This document shows positions 1-12,463 of a stretch of 64,000 nucleotides of DNA, piece after piece. Within the stretch, counting starts at the first letter, position 1; every line of letters starts with the position of its first letter. This stretch comes from Macrostomum lignano. Its lineage: Eukaryota. The notes under the pieces are model-generated. The model had not been told where the DNA came from. It saw nothing but the letters and a program-made list of their open reading frames with translations, and made no database searches. A program made the position numbers and the translations under genes. The DNA is taken from assembly GCA_002269645.1 (NCBI GenBank), contig NIVC01000881.1:124001-188000 (forward strand), in the 5' to 3' direction.

Positions 1-119
1 GGGCTGATCTGCAACCCGCTTAGCAGCTGCGCGTCTAAGTCGGTCCAATTCTGCGTCTGATTGTTGAAGCCTTTGATAAACCTGGCCTGCAGCGGCATGG
101 CGTCGATGAGCTGCAGTTG
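1..119 (-). CDS. Candidate coding exon of an unidentified gene running off the window edge
   Basis: On the minus strand the acceptor CTGACTGACACAG (branch-like CTGAC) precedes position 119. Two frames stay open to base 1; one reads TAAHRRHAAAGQVYQRLQQSDAELDRLRRAAAKRVADQ (helical-looking). No family recognised. Confidence 0.3.
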
Positions 120-575
120 CTGTGTCAGTCAGGGAGAGCTGAGTGCAAACGGCAATTGGAAACCTGCCACAACAGCTCCAGCTAATAAATGCAATGAGAA
201 GAGGCAGCGCCCAACTTGTCTGCACGAGGAGGGGGCGACTCTCAGCCAATCCGGTTTAAGCTGCCATGGATAAAGTCAGACATTGCTACACAGCCGCAAC
301 AGACCGAATGGGTTTTGCCGATGTAATTGGAGCACTAATCAATGCTTCCATTATGCCGCATTAACCAGTGAGCTCTTGTTTTTTGCTCGCCGTAACTCTT
401 GGAATGCTATTTATAGCTTGGCTACTTCAGCTTGCCATTCGCTACTTCAGTAGCCGTTGCAGTAACTATCGCAGGTGCCTTGAGAAACTCTTGAGCCTAC
501 TCCATCTCGAGCTGCACTCTCTCTGACAGGGGTAACTTGGCTAAGTGCTTTAACTATACACTGTGGATATAGTGA

Positions 576-1567
<992 letters not shown>

Positions 1568-2464
1568 ACTATACCGGTCAGTGGACACGCGCATAGTGAA
1601 GACGGTCGAGCCTGTTCTGGATTTACCTGAAAACTAAGCCACTTCCCTACGCTGGAAGACACGCAGGTGCAGTAACGGCAAATTCTGATTAGACTAATTT
1701 GCATATCGAATAAACATTCCGGCTAAATCATAAAGCAAATGCAGTATAAAATGCAGATTTGCACTACTGTGCAGCTCTTTACCTGAATATTTGTCATGTG
1801 TTAAGCCTTTCATATCTGGCTTTCACATAGTTGCATATTTGGCTTTTTGCAATACTGGATAATTTCCAAGTTCCGAGTCTGAATGGGAATTATTGTGAGG
1901 CCATGCATGTATTACAGACCCTTACTGTTAAGAGCTGAGGAAAGCAGCCTGAAAACCTGCTGCCATGTTGATGTCAATCATCTCAGCTCACACGGCTAGA
2001 AGGGTTTCAGAAGTATTCCGTAAACACAAAAACGGTATCCCATCGCTTGAGTAATTTGCGTGTGAAGTCCTTCAAACTGTCATTGGCTTGTTGTACGTCA
2101 GCTGTTCCGTGTAGTGCTAAACCTGTAAACATGAATGTACGGTACATGCACCATGTGTTACAGTATCTCTGGAGGTGGTTGCCTAAAATAACACCAGACC
2201 CATAGCGTCGCACAGCATCCCCTGAACACGTCAGAATAGCTCGAGTTCCTGACTGAGTTCTGACGTCCCGGAAATTGATAACCAAATAGGTTGCTCGCGA
2301 TTAATTAAAATCGCTTCCTTTCTACGGATGCACTGTGCGTGATTGGGACAAATGTGTGATGCCTGCTGTCCTAGCAGTCTTTTTACTGTTTTCTTCTGAA
2401 GTCTGCTGCTTTGGTCTGAATTCTAAATCAGTTGTCATCTTCATTGATGAGAGTACAATGCTTT

Positions 2465-3310
2465 CCCGATGCCTTGATCCGCCGCTGCTGCCGATGCTTT
2501 GATCTGCACATCCGCCACATCCCGATGCTTTGATCTGCCACATCCCGATGCTTTGATCTGCCACATCCCGATGCTTTTATCTGCCACATCCCGATGCTTT
2601 GATCTGCCCCATCCCGATGCTTTGATCTACCACATCCCAATGCTTTGATCTGCCACATCCCAATGCCTTGATCTGCCACATCCCGATGCTTTGATCTGCC
2701 ACATCCCGATGCTTTGATCTGCCACATCCCGATGCTTTTATCTGCCACATCCCGATGCTTTTATCTGCCACATCCCGATTCTTTGATCTGCCACATCCCG
2801 ATGCTTTGATCTGCCACATCCCGATGCTTTGATCTGCCACATCCCGATTCTTTGATCTGCCACATCCCGATGCTTTGATCTGCCACATCCCGATTCTTTG
2901 ATCTGCCACATCCCGATGCTTTGATCTGCCACATCCCGATGCCTTGATCTGCCGCATCCCGATTCTTTGATCTGCCACATCCCGATGCTTTGATCTGCCA
3001 CATCCCGATGCTTTGATCTGCCACATCCCGATGCTTTGATCTGCCACATCCCGATGCCTTGATCTGCCACATCCCGATGCTTTGATCTGCCACATCCCGA
3101 TGCTTTGATCTGCCACATCCCGATGCCTTGATCTGCCACATCCCGATGATTTGATCTGCCACATCCCGATGCTTTGATCTGCCACATCCCGATGCTTTGA
3201 TCTGCCACATCCCGATGCTTTGATCTGCCCCATCCCGATTCTTTGATCTGCCACATCCCGATGCTTTGATCTGCCACATCCCGATGCTTTGATCTGCCAC
3301 ATCCCGATGC
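2465..3310. repeat. 23-bp minisatellite CCACATCCCGATGCTTTGATCTG
   Basis: About 36 near-identical head-to-tail units with no spacers. Confidence 0.95.
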
Positions 3311-3694
3311 TACCCTAAGGCTACCCTTATATATGCACACAGCATACCTTGAGATTGCGTGCTCACAGGACACGCCATCCAGTCCTTAAGAGCGAGCCAC
3401 GCCCTGAACTAATGTTAGACTATACACACGGAGCTGATGCAGCAATATCCAAGCCTGCAAAACTTGTTATTAATGTCTCTCCTTAAACTGCTTTATGTGT
3501 GATGACCTAAGCTTGTATCCACGACGAAGTGGTATGGAGCAACTTTGATATTCGACAAATACTACTCTCAAGAGTTTCAATGTGGTTAGTAATGCAAGTT
3601 GAGCATGTTACATGTATACTGCTGATTTTTGTTGATTGATGGCTTAACGTGTTCAAGCAAGTTGAGGTGGCAAAGCCTGGTGCAGTTCTCACAC

Positions 3695-4608
3695 TGAATT
3701 CAACACGTCTGACTCAGAATTCAACACACCTGACTCAGAATTCAACACACCTGACTCAGAATTCAACACACCTGACTCAGAATTCAACACACCTGACTCA
3801 GAATTCAACACACCTGACTCAGAATTCAACACACCTGACTCAGAATTCAACACACCTGACTCAGAATTCAACACACCTGACTCAGAATTCAACACACCTG
3901 ACTCAGAATTCGACACATCTGACTCAGAATTCGACACATCTGACTCAGAATTCGACACATCTGACTCAGAATTCGAGACACCTGACTCAGAATTCAACAC
4001 GCCTGACTCAGAATTCAACACGCCTGACTCAGAATTCGAGACACCTGACTCAGAATTCGAGACACCTGACTCAGAATTCGAGACACCTGACTCAGAATTC
4101 GACACACCTGACTCAGAATTCGACACATCTGACTCAGAATTCGACACATCTGACTCAGAATTCGAGACACCTGACTCAGAATTCGAGACACCTGACTCAG
4201 AATTCGACACATCTGACTCAGAATTCAACACGTCTGACTCAGAATTCAACACGTCTGGCTCAGAATTCAACACGTCTGACTCAGAATTCAACACGTCTGA
4301 CTCAGGATTCGACACATCTGACTCAGAATTCAACACGTCTGACTCAGAATTCGACACATCTGACTCGGAATTTGACACACCTGACTCAGAATTCGACACA
4401 TCTGACTCAGAATTCGACACATCTGACTCAGAATTCAACACGTCTGACTCAGAATTCGACACACCTGACCCAGAATTTGACACATCTGACTCGGAATTCG
4501 ACACACCTGACCCAGAATTCGACACATCTGACTCAGACTTTGACACATCTGACTCGGAATTTGACACATCTGACTCAGACTTTGACACATCTGACTCAGA
4601 ATTGAACA
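3695..4608. repeat. 21-bp minisatellite CTGACTCAGAATTCAACACAC
   Basis: About 43 units; variant units cluster along the array. Confidence 0.95.
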
Positions 4609-5884
4609 CAAAATTAGTTAAACCGCTAATAAAATACTCATTTCTACGAAATTTATTTGCTATATGATTTTTTATTTCATGCATTTCAAAGTTCGTGCTT
4701 TTTTAATTTGCACATCATAAAATTCGTAGCAAAAAGTTTCATTATGCAGCCCAGAATTAAAAGCGTGTCGCTAAACATTCCTCGATGCTACTTACAGTAG
4801 CAAGTCTAGCTTTAGTTAGAAAAATCTATAATTTATACCAAACCTGGCTTTCTGTCATACCGGCCTTGATGTGATTTTATTGACAGTTAAATGTCCATGT
4901 TGAATTTACTTTCTTTAAAAAATGCAGCAGAATGGGCTGGTACTTTAATAAATCAATATTATTTGAGCTTGTCGGTCAATTCAAGTAAAGAATCACAAAC
5001 AACAGCACCTGTCATAAGAGGTTCAATTAACTTACGACTTTAAAACACAATTTATTTATAAGAAGAAATTTCGGAGTGAATCGATTGGATCTTGGATGAT
5101 GGATCCGATGATGATTTGGTTGACCAAGGATCGCAGTCACTGCATACCAGATAATGCATTTATATATATGAATTACATTACTCAATACAAATGCACTACT
5201 GACAGGCAGAGATGATCCGGCAGGGCAAACAAACTGAAGCAACTTTTCAGCAGCAATTCATTTCTCAGAAAGGCATTTAGCTAGAACCAACACAGCAAAA
5301 GCGACTTACCCGCAGAGGACTGAATGACAGCCTGTCATGCATGGAACTGGGAGGGAGAGAGAGCGGGCAGCGGCAGCGGCGTCTGCTGGGCCCGCCGGGG
5401 GTCCTCTTTTTCAAGCCCCAAGCAAGGCTGGAGGAGGGCGGCGGGGCTTGCGCACAATAAACCCGGGTTGGGTTTGGTTGGGTTGGGTGAGAAAGAGGGA
5501 CAGAGAGCTGGCAGCCTATTGGGCCAAAAAGAGACATAAAGCCGCATGCCAGGCCCAGCTGGCTTGTCTTGTACGCTGGCGTGACGTGGGTGCGTGAATC
5601 AGCGCTTGCGCTGTGGCCTCGCTGTGACCCCAGCCACAGCCAGCCCCCAGTGAAGCGAAGTGACTCACCCTCCCTCCCAAGTCCGAAGCGAGACAGACCA
5701 ACTGGCGAACGAAAGAAACAAAGCCCCTTTGCCACTCAATTCCATTTTCTAACACGCTTTGGCGGGGTCCGGGGCTCCGGGCAGGGGGACCGGGTCCAAG
5801 CACCCAGACTGCTTTCTGTAATCTTTATAGTTCTGTATCATAAGTAAACCGAGTGGGCAGGAGGCCATTGTGTAAAGGGCCCAC

Positions 5885-6954
5885 CGCTACTCCGTAGCTA
5901 TCGACTCGCGCGATAACATCAATGACCATTGGAACCCTGGTGAGCTTCATTGCTACACCGACGGTTCTAAGCAGTCAGCCAACACCGGCTTTGGTGTTGG
6001 AATCTTTCTGAACGGGAGGGTCATCGCTACCCACGCTCAATACACTGGGGTCAACTCCAGTGTTTTCCAAAATGAAGTTCTGGCCATCAGCTCCTGCACT
6101 GCAGAGCTTCTCGCCACTGGCGTTACTGGTAAGAACATCATTTTCCATTCGGACAGCCAAGCTGCCTTGCACGCCATCAGTGGCTGCAGCACCAACTCTG
6201 CTACAGTCCTTGACTGTATCAAACTCCTCAATGTGTTGGGTTCCGCCAACAAAATTACCCTTAAGTGGGTTCCGGGGCATGTGGGGATCCGAGGAAATGA
6301 GTTGGCTGACACCCTTGCAAAAGTTGGTGCCTCCGGCTCCTCTCTCGGCCCCGAACCTCTTGTCCCGATTCCTGGCTGTGTCATCGACTCGCGCATCAAA
6401 GCGTGGATCAGGACTCAGCACCGCTCGACTTGGGCGAACCGCACGAACTGCAGGCAATCCAGAGGCGCTGTCCCTCAGCCCTCTCACCAGCTCCGGAAGC
6501 TCCTCTTGCGCCTCTCGCGCAGAGACATCCGGGCTGCCACCATGACCCTCTCTGGTCACGGCTGCTTCTCCAGGCACCAGTACCTGCAGGGCAACGCCAC
6601 CAACGCCACCTGTAGTTTCTGCAACTCAGGTGACGAAACCGCTGAGCATTTCGTCAGCATCTGTCCCGCCTTCACGCGGGCCAGACTCACTTACCTCGGG
6701 CCACACACATCTATTACTGAAGCGTGCAAACCCGAAAACTTTAATCAGCTCATGCGCTACCTTCGGGCCACCCGCAGGGCTGAACTCTCCTTTCCAGAGA
6801 GCACCATAGCTGCTGGCGACACTGGGGGACCTCCCTGGGCGGCGCCAACCCTCCGTCCATAGCGACGCGTCGGCCGTTCAGGGACTAGCGGAATGGGCGC
6901 CCGCGCCTTCCCGCTGTGTCCCCTCCGGGACAGCCCTGCAGCTAAGTCAAAGTC
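5885..6954 (+). mobile_element. 5'-truncated non-LTR retrotransposon (I-group-like: RNase H plus C-terminal CCHC finger)
   Basis: The frame is open from about 5882 to 6862: HCYTDGS...FQNEVLAI...HSDSQAAL...WVPGHVGIRGNELAD (RNase H) and CSFCNSGDETAEHFVSIC. The 3' tail is (AAGTCA)2. An 11-bp TSD AAAGGGCCCAC lies at 5874-5884 and 6955-6965. Confidence 0.9.
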
Positions 6955-7792
6955 AAAGGGCCCACGCGAACTTCCATTTCAAGGTGAAACAAGGTTTTCG
7001 TTATAGTTTCAGCTGTAGCCTGTAGAGCAGTTTATTGCTCATTCACAGGATAACGGACCAGTGAGTCTAAAACCCTTTCTTTGTCCACGCGAGGCCAAAC
7101 AAAATTGAATAAAATTTGGATGTGCAGAATATATTCTTAAAGAGCAACCTTAGCCAGCCTTGACATCTCTACATTTAGGCATTAACACACAAGTTCTTAT
7201 CATTCACATTGCTTTTGAACGCTATCTCGTCTCCTCATCGCGAGAAGTGATTAACTAAACTTTCGAACTAATCTTGCTGGACTTGTCTGCGACTATTTAT
7301 TTCAACTATTATTGGAGCTCCCTGGCCCGAGGCACCAAATAATAACGACCCGCCTGGCGAAAAGTGAACTGTACGAAGAATCCGTCTACAATGTACATTC
7401 AGATACTGACTGGACGGGACCGGTTTTACAGCCCCCACGCCCGCTAAAGTGAGGTCCGAGTGCAAGTCGTCTCCATTTTGAGCCGAAGGCTTTTATGGTC
7501 TAGCGCTGACTTCACGTGCAGTTGGGCAAGACTGAATCAGGCCATAAAATTTCTGCAAACTCAGAATGCAGATAAGATATTTCTCCGCCTATATTGTACC
7601 GAGTTAGCAGTGGCGCACGCAGGAATTTTTATTGGGCGGGTCAAATATTGCTCAAATCAATTTTCAAACGGGTCTGAACAAACTGTACATTGCTTTGAGC
7701 AATCTTTGGTCAGCATGAGCTTTTGGTTTGGCGATATAGTAAACCAAATATCTGGTGTCTTGGTCGGCGGGGGTCGGCGCCCCACCCCTCTG

Positions 7793-8860
7793 CTGATGGC
7801 CGCCCCTGTCTCTTGATGGCCATCCCTGTCTCTTGATGGCCGCCCCTGTCTCTTGATGGCCACCTCTGTCTCTTGATGGCCATCCCTGTCTTTTGATGGC
7901 CACCTCTGTCTCTTGATGGCCGCCCCTGTCTTTTGATGGCCATCCCTGTCTCTTGATGGCCACCCCTGTCTCTTGATGGCCACCTCTGTCTCTTGATGGC
8001 CATCCCTGTCTTTTGATGGCCACCTCTGTCTCTTGATGGCCGCCCCTGTCTTTTGATGGCCATCCCTGTCTCTTGATGGCCGCCCCTGTCTTTTGATGGC
8101 CACCTCTCTCTTGATGGCCATCCCTGTCTTTTGATGGCCACCTCTGTCTCTTGATGGCCGCCCCTGTCTTTTGATGGCCACCTCTGTCTCTTGATGGCCA
8201 TCCCTGTCTCTTGATGCCGCCCCTGTCTCTTGATGGCCATCCCTGTCTCTTGATGGCCACCCCTGTCTCTTGATGACCATCCCTGTCTTTTGATGGCCAC
8301 TTCTGTCTCTTGATGGCCATCCCGTCTTTTGATGGCCACCTGTCTCTTGATGGCCATCCCGTCTTTTGATGGCCACCCCTGTCTCTTGATGGCCATCCCT
8401 GTCTTTTGATGGCCACCTCTGTCTCTTGATGGCCATCCCTGTCTTTTGATGGCCACCTCTGTCTCTTGATGGCCATCCAGTCTTTTGATGGCCACCCCTG
8501 TCTCTTGATGGCCATCCCTGTCTTTTGATGGCCATCCCTGTCTCTTGATGGCCATCCCTGTCTCTTGATGGCCATCCCTGTCTTTTGATGGCCATCCCTG
8601 TCTCTTGATGGCCATCCCTGTCTCTTGATGGCCATCCCTGTCTCTTGATGGCCATCCCTGTCTCTTGATGGCCATCCCTGTCTTTTGATGGCCACCCCTG
8701 TCTTTTGATGGCCATCCCTGTCTCTTGATGGCCATCCCGTCTTTTGATGGCCATCCCTGACTCTTGATGGCCATCCCTGTCTCTTGATGGCCATCCCTGT
8801 CTTTTGATGGCCATCCCTGTCTTTTGATGGCCACCCCTGTCTCTTGATGGCCATCCCTGT
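7793..8860. repeat. 20-bp minisatellite TCTTGATGGCCATCCCTGTC
   Basis: About 53 units with occasional 1-2 bp deletions. Confidence 0.95.
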
Positions 8861-9818
8861 CCCTATCTCCAGCCGAGGTTTGGTGGATGCCATGTCCGAC
8901 ACGTGGCTACCACTCAGTTTTTGAATTTAAATTTTTGTGGGGCGATTGAGGGGGGTCTCTCCTACATCCCCTTACGTACTGCAGAGTAATTAGTTCACTA
9001 AACAATCAAAGACTAAACGGTTCAGGTAGTGTGATGAAATCTTCTGATGAAGCGCATTTTAAACTTTTGCGAGCGTAAATTTCAGCCTGCACGAATTAAT
9101 TTTGTACCCGGCAGAGTGAGTCATCACCTTCATCACTCGCAGGCTGCGGCTGCGCATTGCAATTACTTACATGTACAATTAGACTAATGGAAGCGGGTAG
9201 GCCCAGGTTAAACCAAATATGCAACTTGGCTACACACTTGAATTGAAAGTAAAATATACAATGTAGCAGCTAATGTTATTCCATTGTATCAGCCTCGCAT
9301 CGCAGCATCAACAGGTCTGACTCACTCACCCGGGCACGCGCACAAAATGCCCGAATCAGTGTTCCCACTCCAATCTACCCATTTTTCCTCCGCAGCCTAA
9401 AGAAAATTCCGCAGATAGCTTAACCTATTAAATATGATAAGATTTTCAACAAAACTATGGAAAAAAACTTTTGAACAAGCATTTTTTTAAACTCAAAATA
9501 AGTAAGCAAGTCTAAGTCAATGTATTCTAGACTTCCAGTTTACAATCAAGTTGTCAACCCATCACATTGGCTGTGGATGGCAAAAAGTTCTTTTTATTCT
9601 ACTTTAACGAAAAAACAATGGCTGGCTCAATGTTTGCACTTTACGGAAAAGATTTGACGTGTCACGTGACACACAGGCACAACTGCTATTTAGTTACAAC
9701 TACAAGCATTAAACATTCTTTAGGTTCTATTCAACTGTTAATAAAAGTAAAACTAATTAAGTAAAGTTAACTACTAGAGATACAATACTTTGCTTATTAA
9801 TTAGACTGCTGCCAAGAC

Positions 9819-10027
9819 TAGAGATTGGACAGGATGAAGATTTTTGGGATTGGGATTCCTAATTTCGGGAATCGGGATTGCAATTCATGATTGAATTTCA
9901 GGTTTCAGCATTTAAAGATATGAATATATAAGATGGTTGGATGGGATCTCAAAATAATTTCAGAATCATGATCATGAGTTTGGCCAGGATCCCAGGCTTT
10001 TGTGATCGGGATCCAATCCTACCTCTA
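9819..10027. mobile_element. hAT-type MITE nested inside the hAT element
   Basis: Ends are TAGAG...CTCTA with imperfect TIRs and GGGAT/ATCCC subterminal motifs. Flanks are GCCAAGAC (9811-9818) and GTCAAGAC (10028-10035), a 7/8 match 8-bp TSD. Confidence 0.65.
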
Positions 10028-10087
10028 GTCAAGACGCGTGACATTGTCTTATTAGTTACTAGTACGCCCCATTGTTCTGTTTTCTAG

Positions 10088-12463
10088 TCATTTGCATATC
10101 ATCTTGGCGGCCTTTTTCAGTGCTTCTGCAGCCAGCTCGTCTTGAGTCTTCAACTTTCGCTTCAGCAGCTTGGCGTCATCATGTAGAGCTTTGGCCTCTC
10201 GCTCTTCTAAAGTCCTCATTTTTTTCTGATACTCGAGCAGCATAGCCGAAGCAGCTCGCTTCTCAGCTTCAATTATTTCACGCTCTGCAGCCAACTTTTT
10301 TTCAGCCGCCTCCAATTCCATCTTCTTCTTGTTTACTTCAATCTCAGCAGCAAGCTGCTCTTCCAACTGTTTAGCGGCAATCCGTGCATCTTTCTTGGCC
10401 TTATCAGCATCTCTTTGCTGTTGAAGGAATTCCATGTACACTGAACGAGCCTTCCCAGCAGACTGAACGTAGACGTCTGTCAATGGAAAGTTTTCGCAGG
10501 TTGTAGGCTCCTCACCAACTAGCCCAGATTGGCGGATGTAGTGTCGAACAAAAAGGCAGGCATCAATAGACAATTCACCAAGCTTGTTGCGTTTTTTCGT
10601 TAACAAGTCCGATAACTCGCTAAAGACTCGCTCTACTGCAGCGTTGCCTGGCTGAATGGTCAGAGCACCCAAAGCTAGTCGGGTTAGTGTGCCGTACTTT
10701 TTTTGACCACCAAGCTCTAGGGCTGACACGCGAAGCCAAAATGTAACCACATCATTGTCCTTAGCCAAAGCCACTACCTGTTGGTCAACGAGGAAGCATC
10801 GCCATTCGGAATCAATTTTTGATACGGAATCAGGTGTATATTCCATTTGTTTGGCTAGGTTACATGCAGCAAGCGATGTAGTAGCTGCTGCGAGACCGAC
10901 TTTCATAGGATATTGCGGATCCAGAAATTGTAGCGAGCGTAAGACAGGATTCGACAGAGGCAAATGTTCTTGCAAGTACAATGCAAGTTCACGATAGAAG
11001 GTGCGAACACGTAGGAAAAAGAGCTTCTGTTGAGTGTCCGACAAGCCTTTTTTTAATGTCTCTTTAGCTGCTTCGCCGATAAAGATGGCTTCATTAGAGA
11101 GGAAGTATTTGCCTTCCAACGACAAATTTCTCAAATGTCGATTGTTCTCCTGAATGTGCGCTGGATTTAAAAAGAATGACAAAGTCTGCCTAAACAAATT
11201 GCGGACTTCTCCATGCAAAAGATGGACACACGGCTCCTCTGTCTGAAATGCCTTCTCGAATTGGTCTAGATGCGGCAAGACAGCAGCCAGAAATTGCAGA
11301 TTAAGCAGTGTATGCGTCGACTTTAGGTGCTCAGCAATTTCTTTGGTCTTTTTGGTCTTTTGCTCAATCAGAGATGGATTCTTCACAAAGAATTCTTCCA
11401 GAGAATCATATTGCTCAATAAGCCTATTAACAACAGGCAAAAGCTGCACCCATCTTGTTTCAACGCGCCGCAACATGCGATGCTGGGCCACTTGAAGCAG
11501 TGACTGAACTTTGTTATAACGCGTCCACCTTTTCGAGGTCTGAAAGTAGGAGAACACTTCATCAGCGAAGTCCTCTACATTTCCATCAAAGGCTTCACAT
11601 GCACGTCGAACCGCATTGGAGACAATATGCAAACTGCATGGTCCAATGGAAACAAGATGAGATGCAAAGTCATGCATTATTTTTTGGAAGCCGTTAAACT
11701 TTCCAACCATAACTGCTGGTCCATCTGTTGATATGCTAACACAGTTCCTAATCGGAATGTTGAATTCATCGAGAATCTTCAAAACTTCCTCTTTCAGAGC
11801 AGCGGCTGAGCAGTCAGAAACTTCAACTGTTTTCAAGGCAGTTGTACACAGCCTTCCCTTCTTCGACGACACAAATGATATTACAACTGCCATGTGCTTT
11901 CGTGCCCCATCAGATGACTCGTCAATAGAAAGGGAAAACAGTCCGCAGCCAGAGTTCAAGTCTTGAATCATCTCATCACGCATCACTGGTGCAAGAGCGT
12001 GATTAACAAGATAGCACAGTTTTGTGCGATGGCACTTCATGTCTTGAGCAATTTTGCTATCATGAAACATAGCTGGGTACACACCCGAGTGGTCGGCTGT
12101 ATTGTACGCAATATTGTGCTCAATAAAATGGATTCCAAGTCGCAGCTCTGCCATTAGCACTTCTGCGTCAGCCTTCTTCATGGCAGTGAAAGATGGCTTG
12201 CTGCCTTGAGTAGGAAAAAAGTGTGCTATCCCAGTCTCATTCATGACTGGCAATCGACTCTTGTGCTTCTTGCCTTGGGCGTGGGCTGTAACTGCGCCGA
12301 ACCCACTAGTGCCGAGGTGAAATGATTTTTTGCACACGGTGCAGAAGCCAAGCAGTTCGTCACTTCGATCAGGCTGAAGCCACTCGCTAAGGACTCGTCC
12401 ATCAATGGATCGCTGTAACCACTCATGTCGAAATGCTGTTGCACGAGGCTTGCTTAGAGACAT
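10088..12463 (-). CDS. hAT transposase, 791 aa, uninterrupted
   Basis: N-terminal BED-like zinc finger (FCTVCKK...H...KKH), then SIDES and STDG catalytic aspartates, CSLH, ETRW, and GNAAVERVFS (catalytic Glu/dimerisation region), followed by a charged C-terminal extension. Confidence 0.92.
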   Translation of the reverse strand: MSLSKPRATAFRHEWLQRSIDGRVLSEWLQPDRSDELLGFCTVCKKSFHLGTSGFGAVTAHAQGKKHKSRLPVMNETGIAHFFPTQGSKPSFTAMKKADAEVLMAELRLGIHFIEHNIAYNTADHSGVYPAMFHDSKIAQDMKCHRTKLCYLVNHALAPVMRDEMIQDLNSGCGLFSLSIDESSDGARKHMAVVISFVSSKKGRLCTTALKTVEVSDCSAAALKEEVLKILDEFNIPIRNCVSISTDGPAVMVGKFNGFQKIMHDFASHLVSIGPCSLHIVSNAVRRACEAFDGNVEDFADEVFSYFQTSKRWTRYNKVQSLLQVAQHRMLRRVETRWVQLLPVVNRLIEQYDSLEEFFVKNPSLIEQKTKKTKEIAEHLKSTHTLLNLQFLAAVLPHLDQFEKAFQTEEPCVHLLHGEVRNLFRQTLSFFLNPAHIQENNRHLRNLSLEGKYFLSNEAIFIGEAAKETLKKGLSDTQQKLFFLRVRTFYRELALYLQEHLPLSNPVLRSLQFLDPQYPMKVGLAAATTSLAACNLAKQMEYTPDSVSKIDSEWRCFLVDQQVVALAKDNDVVTFWLRVSALELGGQKKYGTLTRLALGALTIQPGNAAVERVFSELSDLLTKKRNKLGELSIDACLFVRHYIRQSGLVGEEPTTCENFPLTDVYVQSAGKARSVYMEFLQQQRDADKAKKDARIAAKQLEEQLAAEIEVNKKKMELEAAEKKLAAEREIIEAEKRAASAMLLEYQKKMRTLEEREAKALHDDAKLLKRKLKTQDELAAEALKKAAKMICK

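Noticed and set aside
3649-4605. Mucin-like (LTQNSTH)n ORF with repeated N-glycosylation sequons
   Set aside because: There is no ATG or signal peptide, the opposite strand is equally open, and unit variants mix synonymous and non-synonymous changes. It cannot be fully excluded without RNA-seq.
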